44,265 nt of DNA from a virus (Duplodnaviria > Heunggongvirae > Uroviricota > Caudoviricetes): IMG/VR virus record IMGVR_UViG_2877973648_000002, positions 1 to 44,265 of that record; one strand, 5' to 3'. Below are positions 18,365 to 27,667 of this stretch, in pieces; within the stretch, counting starts at the first letter, position 1, and every line of letters begins with the position of its first letter. The translations under genes were made by a program, and so were the position numbers. The notes beneath the pieces are model-generated. The model was not told the DNA's origin. It made no database searches and saw only the letters and a list, made by a program, of their open reading frames with translations.

Positions 18365-18601
18365 GGAATAACTGTTCACCACTGTTCACCCTGTCATAAA
18401 TATCTTTTATATCAGTATATTATAGGGTGAACAGTTATTTATGAACTGTTCACCAAACTATTCACTGTTCACCTTTTTGATTGTTTATTGAGCTTCAAGG
18501 GTGAACAGTGGTGAACAGTTGGTGAATAGTTTTTGTGAAACTGTTCACCCATTAACATTATGAATTAAAAGAGAAAATATCAAAAGGTGAACAGGTGAAG
18601 G
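18365..18601. repeat. Iteron cluster / putative replication origin of the island
   Basis: About 10 copies of CTGTTCACC / GGTGAACAG in both orientations, including tandem pairs, flanking an A+T-rich spacer. Confidence 0.7.
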
Positions 18602-18645
18602 GTTAAAACGCAAAAATTTTAATTTACTGCTGTGAGATAAAGCCT

Positions 18646-18891
18646 ATGACAGCGAAGCACACAAAAAAATCACAATCGCACGCCCTTGATTTGACGGAAC
18701 ACTGGTTAAGGGTGTCGATAAAAATCATCGACCGCAACGCCGGGGAAGGATACGCGAAAGCACATCCCGAACTGATTAGCGCATTCATGACAACGGCGGC
18801 TGCAAACTTTGCCACTCTGACCGAACGGGAGATTGCTGAAGCGGAGGAAGTGACAACAATCAATATTAAGTCCGGAGAGCAGGCAGCATGA
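18646..18891 (+). CDS. Hypothetical protein
   Basis: 81-aa ORF overlapping the start of the SSB-like gene. Confidence 0.4.
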   Translation: MTAKHTKKSQSHALDLTEHWLRVSIKIIDRNAGEGYAKAHPELISAFMTTAAANFATLTEREIAEAEEVTTINIKSGEQAA

Positions 18892-19337
18892 CGGCGCAAA
18901 TATCAGTTTACGGGCGGTTGGTGGACGACCCGCAGACAAAACAGACCAGCAAGGGCACCCCCATGACGCTGGCGCGTATGGCGGTATCACTGCCCTGCAG
19001 TCAGTCGGATGACGGTCAGGCGACGATGTGGTTATCTGTCCTGGCGTTTGGCAGACAAGCCGACGCGCTGGCAAAGCATCACAAAGGCGAACTCCTGAGC
19101 GTGGCGGGTAACATGCAGATGAGCCAGTGGACTGGACAGAACGGCGAAACGCGGCAGGGCTGGCAGGTTATCGCAGACAGCGTAATCAGTGCGCGATCGG
19201 TGCGACCGGGCGGCAATAAAGGCCAACAGGGGCAGGCTACTGACGCACTGAACAGAGCAAAACAACAGGCAGATCAGCAAGGAAGCCAGCCACCAGTGGG
19301 AGATAATGAGCAATGGGGAGATGATATCCCGTTTTAA
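18888..19337 (+). CDS. ssb: Single-stranded DNA-binding protein (SSB-like)
   Basis: 149-aa ORF with OB-fold-like N-terminus, Gly/Gln-rich linker and C-terminal acidic tail ending DDIPF as in bacterial SSB. Confidence 0.7.
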   Translation: MTAQISVYGRLVDDPQTKQTSKGTPMTLARMAVSLPCSQSDDGQATMWLSVLAFGRQADALAKHHKGELLSVAGNMQMSQWTGQNGETRQGWQVIADSVISARSVRPGGNKGQQGQATDALNRAKQQADQQGSQPPVGDNEQWGDDIPF

Positions 19338-19355
19338 ATATTGCCAATAAAAAAA

Positions 19356-19380
19356 GGCCGGAAAAAATAAATTTTCCGGC
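19356..19380. terminator. Hairpin after ssb
   Basis: GGCCGGAAAA...TTTTCCGGC stem; A-tract upstream, so U-tract on the minus strand; no T-tract downstream on the plus strand. Confidence 0.35.
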
Positions 19381-19554
19381 ATGCTACATAAATCCCGACC
19401 AAAGGGAGTGAAGATATTAACACTAATTTTCCGCACTGAAGTTGTCACCCCAAAACTTTATACAACATTGCACTCGGTTGCATGTATTCGCATGACAAAT
19501 ATCGGTGATAGCATATATCCACAATTATTTTTAATGAATGCAAAGAGGATGCGT

Positions 19555-20595
19555 ATGGTTGATTTATATTCGCCTACTCAGCTTGTACAGGTGGTTAATG
19601 CTGTAGATGTACAAAAACAACTAAATGCGTTGTTTACCAGTTTGTTTTTTACTCGCTCGGTAATGTTTGAATCGCGCGATATTATTCTTGATACAATCGA
19701 CGATCCAAATATCCCAATTGCAGCGTTTTGTTCTCCTATGGTGGGTAGTAAAGTTTCACGTGACGAAGGGTACGAATCAAAAACAATTCGTCCAGGCTAT
19801 ATGAAGCCGAAAAGCAGCATTGATCCAAATAAGTTAGCTGTGCGCCCTGCTGGTGTATCACCTGAGCAATACAATGCTTTTGGGGCGCGTAATATTAAAG
19901 TTAAACAGGCGATTGTAAATCAAGCTAAAGCTATTCGTGCACGTATTGAATGGCTTGCTGTTCAGGCAATCACAACGGGGAAAAATATCATTGAGGGCGA
20001 TGGTATTGAACGTTATGAGCTGGACTGGAATATTAAACCACAAAATATCATCACTCAGTCTGGCGGTGCTGAGTGGTCAGGTAAGGATAAAGAAACTTTT
20101 GATCCAAATGATGATATTGAGAGCTACGCAGAATTTAGTGAGGGCGTCACTAATATTATCATTATGGGCGGTAATGTATGGAAGAAATACCGTTCATTCA
20201 GAGCGATAAAAGAGGCTCTGGATACCCGTCGTGGTTCTAATTCCGAACTGGAAACGGCCCTTAAAGACCTTGGTGATTCGGTGAGTTTTAAAGGGTATAT
20301 GGGCGATGTTGCGATTGTTGTTTACAGCGGGCGTTATACCGACGAGGACGGAACAGAAAAACATTTCCTTGATCCTGATTTGATGGTGCTTGGCAATACG
20401 GCTCTTCAGGGGATTGTCGCCTATGGCGGTATTCAGGATCCGGAGCTAATCCGAATGGGGCTGACTAAAGCCGAACTTGCACCGAAAAACTATATTGTGC
20501 CTGGTGATCCGGCTATTGAATATGTGCAGACACATTCAGCACCACAGCCAATACCGGCCCGCATCAATCGTTTTGTTACCGTTCGCATTGGCTAA
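19555..20595 (+). CDS. Major capsid protein, diverged lambda gpE homologue
   Basis: 347 aa from the ATG at 19555 (AGAGG RBS); alignable by eye along its length to lambda gpE (e.g. GYMKPKSSIDP vs GYVKPKHEVNP; RRGSNSELETALKDLG...GDVAIVVYSG nearly identical). Confidence 0.8.
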   Translation: MVDLYSPTQLVQVVNAVDVQKQLNALFTSLFFTRSVMFESRDIILDTIDDPNIPIAAFCSPMVGSKVSRDEGYESKTIRPGYMKPKSSIDPNKLAVRPAGVSPEQYNAFGARNIKVKQAIVNQAKAIRARIEWLAVQAITTGKNIIEGDGIERYELDWNIKPQNIITQSGGAEWSGKDKETFDPNDDIESYAEFSEGVTNIIIMGGNVWKKYRSFRAIKEALDTRRGSNSELETALKDLGDSVSFKGYMGDVAIVVYSGRYTDEDGTEKHFLDPDLMVLGNTALQGIVAYGGIQDPELIRMGLTKAELAPKNYIVPGDPAIEYVQTHSAPQPIPARINRFVTVRIG

Positions 20596-20604
20596 GGGGG
20601 AGCA

Positions 20605-20946
20605 ATGGCTACTCATTACACTGAACTCATGGCTGGCACTGAAGCACTGGTGACTACGCTGGGGATATTTTCAGCTAATAAAGGGGTAATTCCTGCATTT
20701 ACGCCACTGATGCAGGAAGATGCAACAGGTGCACTGGTAGTATGGGATGGTTCGAGCGTAGGTAAAGCGGTTTATGTTTCCGCTGTACAAATCGACACCG
20801 CGAAAAAAACACAGGCTCAGGTCTATAAGACAGGTGTCTTAAATGTTGATGCTCTGAACTGGCCTGAGTCTGTTAAAGAACTGTCAGTAAAGGTTGCAGC
20901 GTTTGTTGGCTCAGGTATTTCTGTTCAGCCGCTGGCTCGTGTGTAA
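20605..20946 (+). CDS. Head decoration protein, lambda gpD homologue
   Basis: 113-aa ORF; VVWDGSSVGKAVYVSA and C-terminal region parallel gpD ([18 protein letters not shown]). Confidence 0.7.
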   Translation: MATHYTELMAGTEALVTTLGIFSANKGVIPAFTPLMQEDATGALVVWDGSSVGKAVYVSAVQIDTAKKTQAQVYKTGVLNVDALNWPESVKELSVKVAAFVGSGISVQPLARV

Positions 20947-20957
20947 AGGGGGATACA

Positions 20958-21341
20958 ATGCAGAATGATTACAATGACCTTAAGCCAATTGCCGAAATGA
21001 TGTACCCGAATCAAGCTGTAGAGGAATTAAAAGCTATCGCTGACAAAATGTGTTTAAGCGAGCGCCTTGTTGATATGAATCAGGTGATGGAAATTACAAC
21101 CCTGAGTCGTCGTACACTGCTAAACCTTGAGGCTAGTGGAGAGTTCCCGGAGCGTGTGCAGGTTACGGAAGGGCGTAAGGCCTGGTATTTAAGTGAAGTG
21201 ATCGACTGGATAAATAATATTCCTCGCGCTTCTGAATATTGCCGCGTACCTGTCCCAAAAAAGCCAGATGCGGCGCTATGCCTCAAGATTGAGCGTGTAC
21301 GCCGCAATGCACGGGATGGTCGCTATAAGCTGATTGGTTGA
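20958..21341 (+). CDS. AlpA-like HTH protein (second copy)
   Basis: 127-aa ORF; central segment MNQVMEITTLSRRTLLNLEASGEFPERVQVTEGRKAWYLSEVIDWI resembles the AlpA/phage-regulator HTH. Confidence 0.5.
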   Translation: MQNDYNDLKPIAEMMYPNQAVEELKAIADKMCLSERLVDMNQVMEITTLSRRTLLNLEASGEFPERVQVTEGRKAWYLSEVIDWINNIPRASEYCRVPVPKKPDAALCLKIERVRRNARDGRYKLIG

Positions 21342-21583
21342 TGAAATTAGGGCCCGCTCTGGCTGGCGGGTCCTTTCCGGCGATCCAGAACGTTACGGGG
21401 CGTCAGGCGCGCAGATTCTTGCTATTTATGACAATTTTCTGCGATTTGCCGTTTCTGTTCTTCTTCGTTGTAACTATATGTTATTAATGGAAATGCCACC
21501 TAAAAAGAAAGGAAATGGTAAGCGCTATTTTGAGCTAAAAACAGCTTAACCGTTTCCTTTCTCCAAAATTTACTGAGGCGGCT

Positions 21584-22009
21584 ATGAATCCATGCGCAGA
21601 AGTCATGACAACTATCAAACTAAGCGGATCTTTAGCTTCTTTGTTCGCCAGAGAACATCAGCGCCTTATCGGTCCGACGCGTGAGGCATTAAGGGTATTA
21701 TCAGCCACTATTCCGGGATTTGAGAAATTCATGAACACTAGCAAGGCTTGAGGACTCACTTTCGCCGTGTTTGTGGATAAAAATAATGTCGCGCAGGATG
21801 ATCTCGATTTTCCAAATGGTGGTCGTACGATTCGAATTGTTCCGATCATTATGGGGAGTAAGCGTGCTGGTGTTCTGCAAACCATTCTTGGCGCTTTCTT
21901 GGTGGTTGGTGGTGTTCTGGGGGCAACGATAGGGCAAGCATGGAGCGGTGGTGTGTGGAGCGGCAAGTATTTTCTATTGGCAGAAGCCCATTCCGCCAAG
22001 ATAGGCTAG
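21584..22009 (+). pseudogene. Tail assembly protein I-like gene, interrupted by stop/frameshift
   Basis: 21584-21751 encodes MNPCAEVMTTIKLSGSLASLFAREHQRLIGPTREALRVLSATIPGF... (parallels the lambda gpI N-terminus) then stop; homology resumes in another frame at 21767-22009 (TIRIVPIIMGSKRAGVLQTILGAFLVVGG). Confidence 0.45.
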
Positions 22010-22104
22010 ACGTATAAGATCGGTTACAATCTATAAATCAGCTGTTGAATTATTGAATTTTAACCATATTTATCAGATGGACTTCATTCAAAAAGGTAAC
22101 TTTG

Positions 22105-22791
22105 ATGGCCGGACAATTAGACGAAGCAGCAAAACAGATTTTGGGTACCTTACTGGCAGATTTTACAGATCGAGGGTTAACTGCACAGGATTTAAAAAAT
22201 GGTTATGAAGGCCCGAACATCAATGCGCTAGCTACTGCAGTATGCAACGTCGCTGATTTTACATCTGTAGATTTTGAAGTTGCCTTTGGCGATCTCGAAA
22301 AAAGCAAACTAATCAAAACTGGCCCCATGAAAATGTTCGATAATGATCACAATAGCTCTGTGATCATTATTGCTTCTTATAGCCTACGTGAATATGTTTA
22401 TTTGACGGAGGCTGGATACAAGGAGTCCAGGAAAGTACCAAATCGCCCACAACGTGTTCAGCGTATAGTCAATAATCTAACGATCACCGGCGGACATTTC
22501 AGCAATACGCAATTAGGGCAGGGAGAGGTCGTTTCCCAAACCCAAAACATCACAAGCAGTTCCGATTCTGAAATAGTTGCTAAGCTGATTTCTATCATTG
22601 AAGAACAGGGGCAAGTAGTTAACAGCGATCAACGTTCTGATATTGAAGCAGCTGTGGCAGCCGCTAATGAAGGTGATGGTAAAGAAGCGAAATCATTGCT
22701 GTCTAAAGTATGCGGTCCTGTTTGGGAGTCTGTGCAACCAGTAATATGGCCGATCATTGGTGAGTTGGTTAAGAAAGGGCTCGGGATTTAA
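22105..22791 (+). CDS. Hypothetical protein (island cargo)
   Basis: 228 aa from the ATG at 22105 with AAGG RBS; no recognisable motif; A+T-rich. Confidence 0.5.
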   Translation: MAGQLDEAAKQILGTLLADFTDRGLTAQDLKNGYEGPNINALATAVCNVADFTSVDFEVAFGDLEKSKLIKTGPMKMFDNDHNSSVIIIASYSLREYVYLTEAGYKESRKVPNRPQRVQRIVNNLTITGGHFSNTQLGQGEVVSQTQNITSSSDSEIVAKLISIIEEQGQVVNSDQRSDIEAAVAAANEGDGKEAKSLLSKVCGPVWESVQPVIWPIIGELVKKGLGI

Positions 22792-22983
22792 TTTAATAAA
22801 TTCTAAAAGGGCTGTTTGGGTAGTATTTTTATGGGGCTCTTCAATTAAAAGGAGTCATAGGGTCAAACGATGTGCCTATGACTCCTGGATAAAGCCATCA
22901 GAGAATATTAGTGTTAACAATTTCTCTTCAGCCCTTGTTTATACGATGCCAGCTTCAGAACCGAATCAACGCTCATGCGATCT

Positions 22984-23271
22984 TTAGCATCTCGGTAATG
23001 ACAGTAAGTTATTATTCCATCGACCATCAGCATAAGTACGTATAAATTTCCGCCCTCCCCCTCCTGGATCAACGACACCTACATCAGCACGTTTGCCATA
23101 ACTATCAGTGACATAGAAAGTATGTAACTTGTTCTCAATTGAATTAACTACATCTGCCACAGTCCACTTACTTCCAGGGGGATTAAATTGAGGGCTTCCC
23201 ACATGAGTAATGTGTTCATGAAGGGCGTTCGAACTGGAGAGAGTAATACAAGTTAATCGTACATCAACCAT
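22984..23271 (-). CDS. Hypothetical small protein (island cargo)
   Basis: 95 aa from the ATG at 23271 with AAGGAG RBS; glycine-rich loop DPGGGGRK; convergent with the 228-aa gene. Confidence 0.45.
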   Translation of the reverse strand: MVDVRLTCITLSSSNALHEHITHVGSPQFNPPGSKWTVADVVNSIENKLHTFYVTDSYGKRADVGVVDPGGGGRKFIRTYADGRWNNNLLSLPRC

Positions 23272-23487
23272 CTTCAACTCCTTATTTACTGTGAAAAATC
23301 ATAAGATACAGCATGTATCGAAATACAGCAGGGTGAACAATTTCGATTTACGAGGACTTAGCAAAGTCTCTTTCTCTTAAACTGAGGGCTTGTATTGCAG
23401 GTTGTATTGCAACTGTAGCTAAGCAATATCAGTTGTAAGCTTTATTTCTTTTACAGTCAATCGTATAGCATCGTATTTGACTCATGT

Positions 23488-23497
23488 AACCCAAGCA
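23488..23497. repeat. attR core (AACCCAAGCA) of the island
   Basis: Identical to 12564-12573; E coding sequence continues immediately after. Confidence 0.7.
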
Positions 23498-24278
23498 TGA
23501 GGTGAATCCGCAGATGACCCTGCGTCGCCTGCCGGATGAAGATCCGCAGAATCTGGCGGACCCGGCTTACCGCCGCCGTCGCATCATCATGCAGAACATG
23601 CGTGACGAAGAGCTGGCCATTGCTCAGGTCGAAGAGATGCAGGCAGTTTCTGCCGTGCTCAAGGGCAAATACACCATGACCGGTGAAGCCTTCGATCCGG
23701 TTGAGGTGGATATGGGCCGCAGTGCGGCGAACAACATCACACAGTCCGGCGTCACGGAGTGGAGCAAGCGTGACAAGTCCACGTATGACCCGACCGACGA
23801 TATCGAAGCCTACGCGCTGAACGCCAGCGGTGTGGTGAATATCATCGTGTTTGACCCGAAAGGCTGGGCGCTGTTCCGTTCCTTCAAAGCCGTCAGGGAG
23901 AAGCTGGATACCCGTCGCGGCTCTCATTCCGAGCTGGAGACAGCGGTGAAAGACCTGGGCAAAGCGGTGTCCTATAAGGGAATGTATGGCGATGTGGCCA
24001 TCGTCGTGTATTCCGGACAGTACGTGGAAAACGGCGTCAAAAAGAACTTCCTGCCGGACAACACGATGGTGCTGGGGAACACTCAGGCTCGCGGTCTGCG
24101 CACCTATGGCTGCATTCAGGATGCGGATGCATTGAGTGAGGGTATTAATGCGTCTCCCCGTTATCCGAAAAACTGGAAGACATCCGGCGATCCGGCGCGA
24201 GAGTTCACCATGATTCAGTCAGCACCGCTGATGCTGCTGGCTGATCCTGATGAGTTCGTGTCCGTTCAACTGGCGTAA
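23490..24278 (+). pseudogene. E: Major capsid protein E, 3' fragment
   Basis: From the attR repeat the frame reads PKHEVNPQMTLRRLPDEDPQNLADPAYRRRRIIMQNMRDEELAIAQVEEMQ... to ...ADPDEFVSVQLA, matching recalled lambda gpE residues ~80-341; a stop lies immediately upstream in frame. Confidence 0.85.
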
Positions 24279-24319
24279 TCATGGCCCTTAGGGGCCATTT
24301 TCTCTCTGTGGAGGAGTCC

Positions 24320-24718
24320 ATGACGAAAGATGAACTGATTGCCCGTCTCCGGTCGCTGGGTGAGCAACTGAACCGTGATGTCAGTTTGACGGGAACGAAA
24401 GAAGAACTGGCGCTTCGTGTGGCAGAGCTGGAAGAAGAGCTTGATGACACGGATGAAACTGCCGGTCAGGACACCCCTCTCAGCCGGGAAAATGTGCTGA
24501 CTGGGCATGAAAATGAGGTGGTATCAGCGCAGCCGGATACCGTGATTCAGGATACGGCTGAACTGGTCACGGTCGTGGCACTGGTGACGCTGCATACTGA
24601 TGCACTTCACGCCACGCGGGATAAACCTGTGGCATTTGTGCTGCCGGGAACGGCGTTTCGTGTCTCTGCCGGTGTGGCAGCCGAAATGACAGAGCGCGGC
24701 CTGGCCAGAATGCAATAA
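24320..24718 (+). CDS. FI: DNA packaging protein FI
   Basis: MTKDELIARLRSLGEQLNRDVSLTGTKEELALRVAELEEELDDTDETAGQ... matches recalled lambda gpFI. Confidence 0.85.
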   Translation: MTKDELIARLRSLGEQLNRDVSLTGTKEELALRVAELEEELDDTDETAGQDTPLSRENVLTGHENEVVSAQPDTVIQDTAELVTVVALVTLHTDALHATRDKPVAFVLPGTAFRVSAGVAAEMTERGLARMQ

Positions 24719-24729
24719 CGGGAGGCGCT

Positions 24730-25083
24730 GTGGCTGATTTCGATAACCTGTTCGATGCTGCCATTGCCCGCGCCGATGAAACGATACGCGGGTACATGGG
24801 AACGTCAGCCACCATTACATCCGGTGAGCAGTCAGGTGCGGTGATACGTGGTGTTTTTGATGACCCTGAAAATATCAGCTATGCCGGACAGGGCGTGCGC
24901 GTTGAAGGCTCCAGCCCGTCCCTGTTTGTCCGGACTGATGATGCGCGGCAGCTGCGGCGTGGAGACACGCTGACCATCGGTGAGGAAAATTTCTGGGTAG
25001 ATCGGGTTTCGCCGGATGATGGCGGAAGTTGTCATCTCTGGCTTGGACGGGGCGTACCGCCTGCCGTTAACCGTCGCCGCTGA
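24730..25083 (+). CDS. FII: Head-tail connector protein FII
   Basis: 117-aa ORF MADFDNLFDAAIARADETIRGYMGTSATITSGEQSGAVIRGVFDDPENI... matches recalled lambda gpFII. Confidence 0.85.
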   Translation: MADFDNLFDAAIARADETIRGYMGTSATITSGEQSGAVIRGVFDDPENISYAGQGVRVEGSSPSLFVRTDDARQLRRGDTLTIGEENFWVDRVSPDDGGSCHLWLGRGVPPAVNRRR

Positions 25084-25094
25084 AAGGGGGATGT

Positions 25095-25673
25095 ATGGTC
25101 ATAAAAGGTCTTGAGCAGGCCGTTGAAAACCTCAGCCGTATCAGCAAAACGGCGGTGCCTGGTGCCGCCGCAATGGCCATTAACCGCGTTGCTTCATCCG
25201 CGATATCGCAGTCGGCGTCACAGGTTGCCCGTGAGACAAAGGTACGCCGGAAACTGGTAAAGGAAAGGGCCAGGCTGAAAAGGGCCACGGTCAAAAATCC
25301 GCAGGCCAGAATCAGGGTTAACCGGGGGGATTTGCCCGTAATAAAGCTGGGTAACGCGCGGATTGTCCTGTCCCGACGCAGGCGTCGTAAAAAGGGGCAG
25401 CGTTCAGCCCTGAAAGGTGGCGGCAGCGTGCTTGTGGTGGGAAACCGTCGTATTCCCGGCGCGTTTATTCAGCAACTGAAAAATGGCCGCTGGCATGTCA
25501 TGCAGCGTGTGGCCGGGAAAAACCGTTACCCCATTGATGTGGTGAAAATCCCGATGGCGGTGCCGCTGACCACGGCGTTTAAACAGAATATTGAACGGAT
25601 ACGGCGTGAACGTCTTCCGAAAGAGCTGGGCTATGCGCTGCAGCATCAACTGAGAATGGTAATAAAGCGATGA
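25095..25673 (+). CDS. Z: Minor tail protein Z
   Basis: 192-aa ORF matching recalled lambda gpZ. Confidence 0.85.
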   Translation: MVIKGLEQAVENLSRISKTAVPGAAAMAINRVASSAISQSASQVARETKVRRKLVKERARLKRATVKNPQARIRVNRGDLPVIKLGNARIVLSRRRRRKKGQRSALKGGGSVLVVGNRRIPGAFIQQLKNGRWHVMQRVAGKNRYPIDVVKIPMAVPLTTAFKQNIERIRRERLPKELGYALQHQLRMVIKR

Positions 25674-26065
25674 AACATACTGAACTCCGTGCAGCCGTAC
25701 TGGATGCACTGGAGAAGCATGACACCGGGGCGACGCTTTTTGATGGTCGCCCCGCTGTTTTTGATGAGGCGGATTTTCCGGCAATTGCCGTTTATCTCAC
25801 CGGCGCTGAATACACGGGCGAAGAGCTGGACAGCGATACCTGGCAGGCGGAGCTGCATATTGAAGTTTTCCTGCCTGCTCAGGTGCCGGATTCAGAGCTG
25901 GATTCGTGGATGGAGTCCCGGATTTATCCGGTGATGAGCGATATCCCGGCACTGTCAGATTTGATCACCAGTATGGTGGCCAGCGGCTATGACTACCGGC
26001 GCGACGATGATGCGGGCCTGTGGAGTTCAGCCGATCTGACTTATGTCATTACCTATGAAATGTGA
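25670..26065 (+). CDS. U: Tail terminator protein U
   Basis: 131-aa [46 protein letters not shown]... matches recalled lambda gpU. Confidence 0.85.
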   Translation: MKHTELRAAVLDALEKHDTGATLFDGRPAVFDEADFPAIAVYLTGAEYTGEELDSDTWQAELHIEVFLPAQVPDSELDSWMESRIYPVMSDIPALSDLITSMVASGYDYRRDDDAGLWSSADLTYVITYEM

Positions 26066-26072
26066 GGACGAT

Positions 26073-26813
26073 ATGCCTGTACCAAATCCTGTAATGCCGG
26101 TGAAAGGTGCCGGGACCACCCTGTGGGTTTATAACGGGAGCGGCGACCCTTATGCGAACCCGCTTTCAGATGTTGACTGGTCGCGTCTGGCTAAAGTTAA
26201 AGACCTGACGCCCGGCGAACTGACCGCTGAGTCCTATGACGACAGTTATCTCGATGATGAAGATGCGGACTGGACCGCGACCGGGCAGGGGCAGAAATCC
26301 GCCGGAGATACCAGCTTCACGCTGGCGTGGATGCCCGGAGAGCAGGGGCAGCAGGCGCTGCTGGCGTGGTTTAATGAAGGTGATACCCGTGCCTATAAAA
26401 TCCGCTTCCCGAACGGCACGGTCGATGTGTTCCGTGGCTGGGTCAGCAGTATCGGTAAGGCGGTGACGGCGAAGGAAGTGATCACCCGTACGGTGAAGGT
26501 CACCAATGTGGGCCGTCCGTCAATGGCAGAAGATCGCAGTACGGTGACGGCGGCAACCGGTATGACTGTGACGCCTGCCAGCTCCTCGGTGGTGAAAGGG
26601 CAGAGCACCACGCTGACCGTGGCATTCCAGCCGGAGGGCGCAACTGACAAGAGCTTCCGTGCGGTGTCAGCGGATAAAACAAAAGCCACCGTGTCGGTCA
26701 GTGGTATGACCATCACCGTGAAAGGCGTTGCTGCAGGTAAGGTCAACATTCCGGTTGTATCCGGTAATGGTGAACTTGCTGCGGTTGCAGAAATCACTGT
26801 CACCGACAGTTAA
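26073..26813 (+). CDS. V: Major tail protein V
   Basis: From the internal ATG at 26073 (GAGGA RBS): [36 protein letters not shown]... matches recalled lambda gpV. Confidence 0.85.
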   Translation: MPVPNPVMPVKGAGTTLWVYNGSGDPYANPLSDVDWSRLAKVKDLTPGELTAESYDDSYLDDEDADWTATGQGQKSAGDTSFTLAWMPGEQGQQALLAWFNEGDTRAYKIRFPNGTVDVFRGWVSSIGKAVTAKEVITRTVKVTNVGRPSMAEDRSTVTAATGMTVTPASSSVVKGQSTTLTVAFQPEGATDKSFRAVSADKTKATVSVSGMTITVKGVAAGKVNIPVVSGNGELAAVAEITVTDS

Positions 26814-26828
26814 TCCGGAGAGTCAGCG

Positions 26829-27251
26829 ATGTTCCTGAAAACCGAATCATTTGAACATAACGGCGTGACCGTCACGCTTTCTGAACTGTCAGCCCTGCAG
26901 CGTATTGAGCATCTCGCCCTGATGAAACGGCAGGCAGAACAGGCGGAGTCAGACAGCAACCGGAAGTTTACTGTGGAAGACGCCATCAGAACCGGTGCTT
27001 TTGTGGTGGCTATGTCCCTGTGGCATAACCATCCGCAGAAGACAAAGCAGCCTTCCATGAATGAAGCCGTTAAACAGATTGAGCAGGAAGTGCTTACCAC
27101 CTGGCCCACAGAGGCAATTTCTCATGCTGAAAACGTGGTGTACCGGCTGTCCGGTATGTATGAGTTTGTGGTGAATAATACCCCTGAACAGACAGAGGAC
27201 GCCGGGCCTGCAGAGCCTGTTTCTGCGGGAAAGTGTTCGACGGTGAGCTGA
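26829..27251 (+). CDS. G: Tail assembly chaperone G
   Basis: 140-aa ORF MFLKTESFEHNGVTVTLSELSALQRIEHLALMKRQAEQ... matches recalled lambda gpG. Confidence 0.85.
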   Translation: MFLKTESFEHNGVTVTLSELSALQRIEHLALMKRQAEQAESDSNRKFTVEDAIRTGAFVVAMSLWHNHPQKTKQPSMNEAVKQIEQEVLTTWPTEAISHAENVVYRLSGMYEFVVNNTPEQTEDAGPAEPVSAGKCSTVS

Positions 27252-27667
27252 GTTTTGCCCTGAAACTGGCGCGTGAGATGGGGCGACCCGACTGGCGTGC
27301 CATGCTTGCCGGGATGTCATCCACGGAGTATGCCGACTGGCACCGCTTTTACAGTACCCATTATTTTCATGATGTTCTGCTGGATATGCACTTTTCCGGG
27401 CTGACGTACACCGTGCTCAGCCTGTTTTTCAGCGATCCGGATATGCATCCGCTGGATTTCAGTCTGCTGAACCGGCGTGAGGCTGACGAAGAGCCTGAAG
27501 ATGATGTGCTGATGCAGAAAGCGGCAGGGCTTGCCGGAGGCGTCCGCTTTGGCCCGGACGGGAATGAAGTTATCCCCGCTTCCCCGGATGTGGCGGACAT
27601 GACGGAGGATGACGTAATGCTGATGACAGTATCAGAAGGGATCGCAGGAGGAGTCCTGTATGGCTGA
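26829..27667 (+). CDS. T: Tail assembly chaperone G-T fusion made by programmed -1 frameshift
   Basis: Slippery heptamer G_GGA_AAG at 27227-27233 in the G frame; the -1 frame continues as the T ORF (27233-27667), as in lambda. Confidence 0.7.

Larger units (their letters stand above)
12564..23497 (+). mobile_element. Satellite-like integrative island (PICI/P4-like architecture) inserted within capsid gene E
   Basis: Bounded by direct repeats AACCCAAGCA (12564-12573 and 23488-23497); E reading frame resumes exactly after the right repeat; carries int, alpA-like regulators, primase/helicase, iteron origin, SSB, capsid-like genes and cargo. Confidence 0.75.

Noticed and set aside
18365-18601. 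Possible CRISPR array
   Set aside because: Repeats are 9-10 bp, occur in both orientations with irregular spacing and no spacer-like unique units; consistent with origin iterons, not CRISPR.
21658-21999. 113-aa minus-strand ORF
   Set aside because: Antisense to the I-like pseudogene fragments; no RBS; composition suggests a chance ORF.
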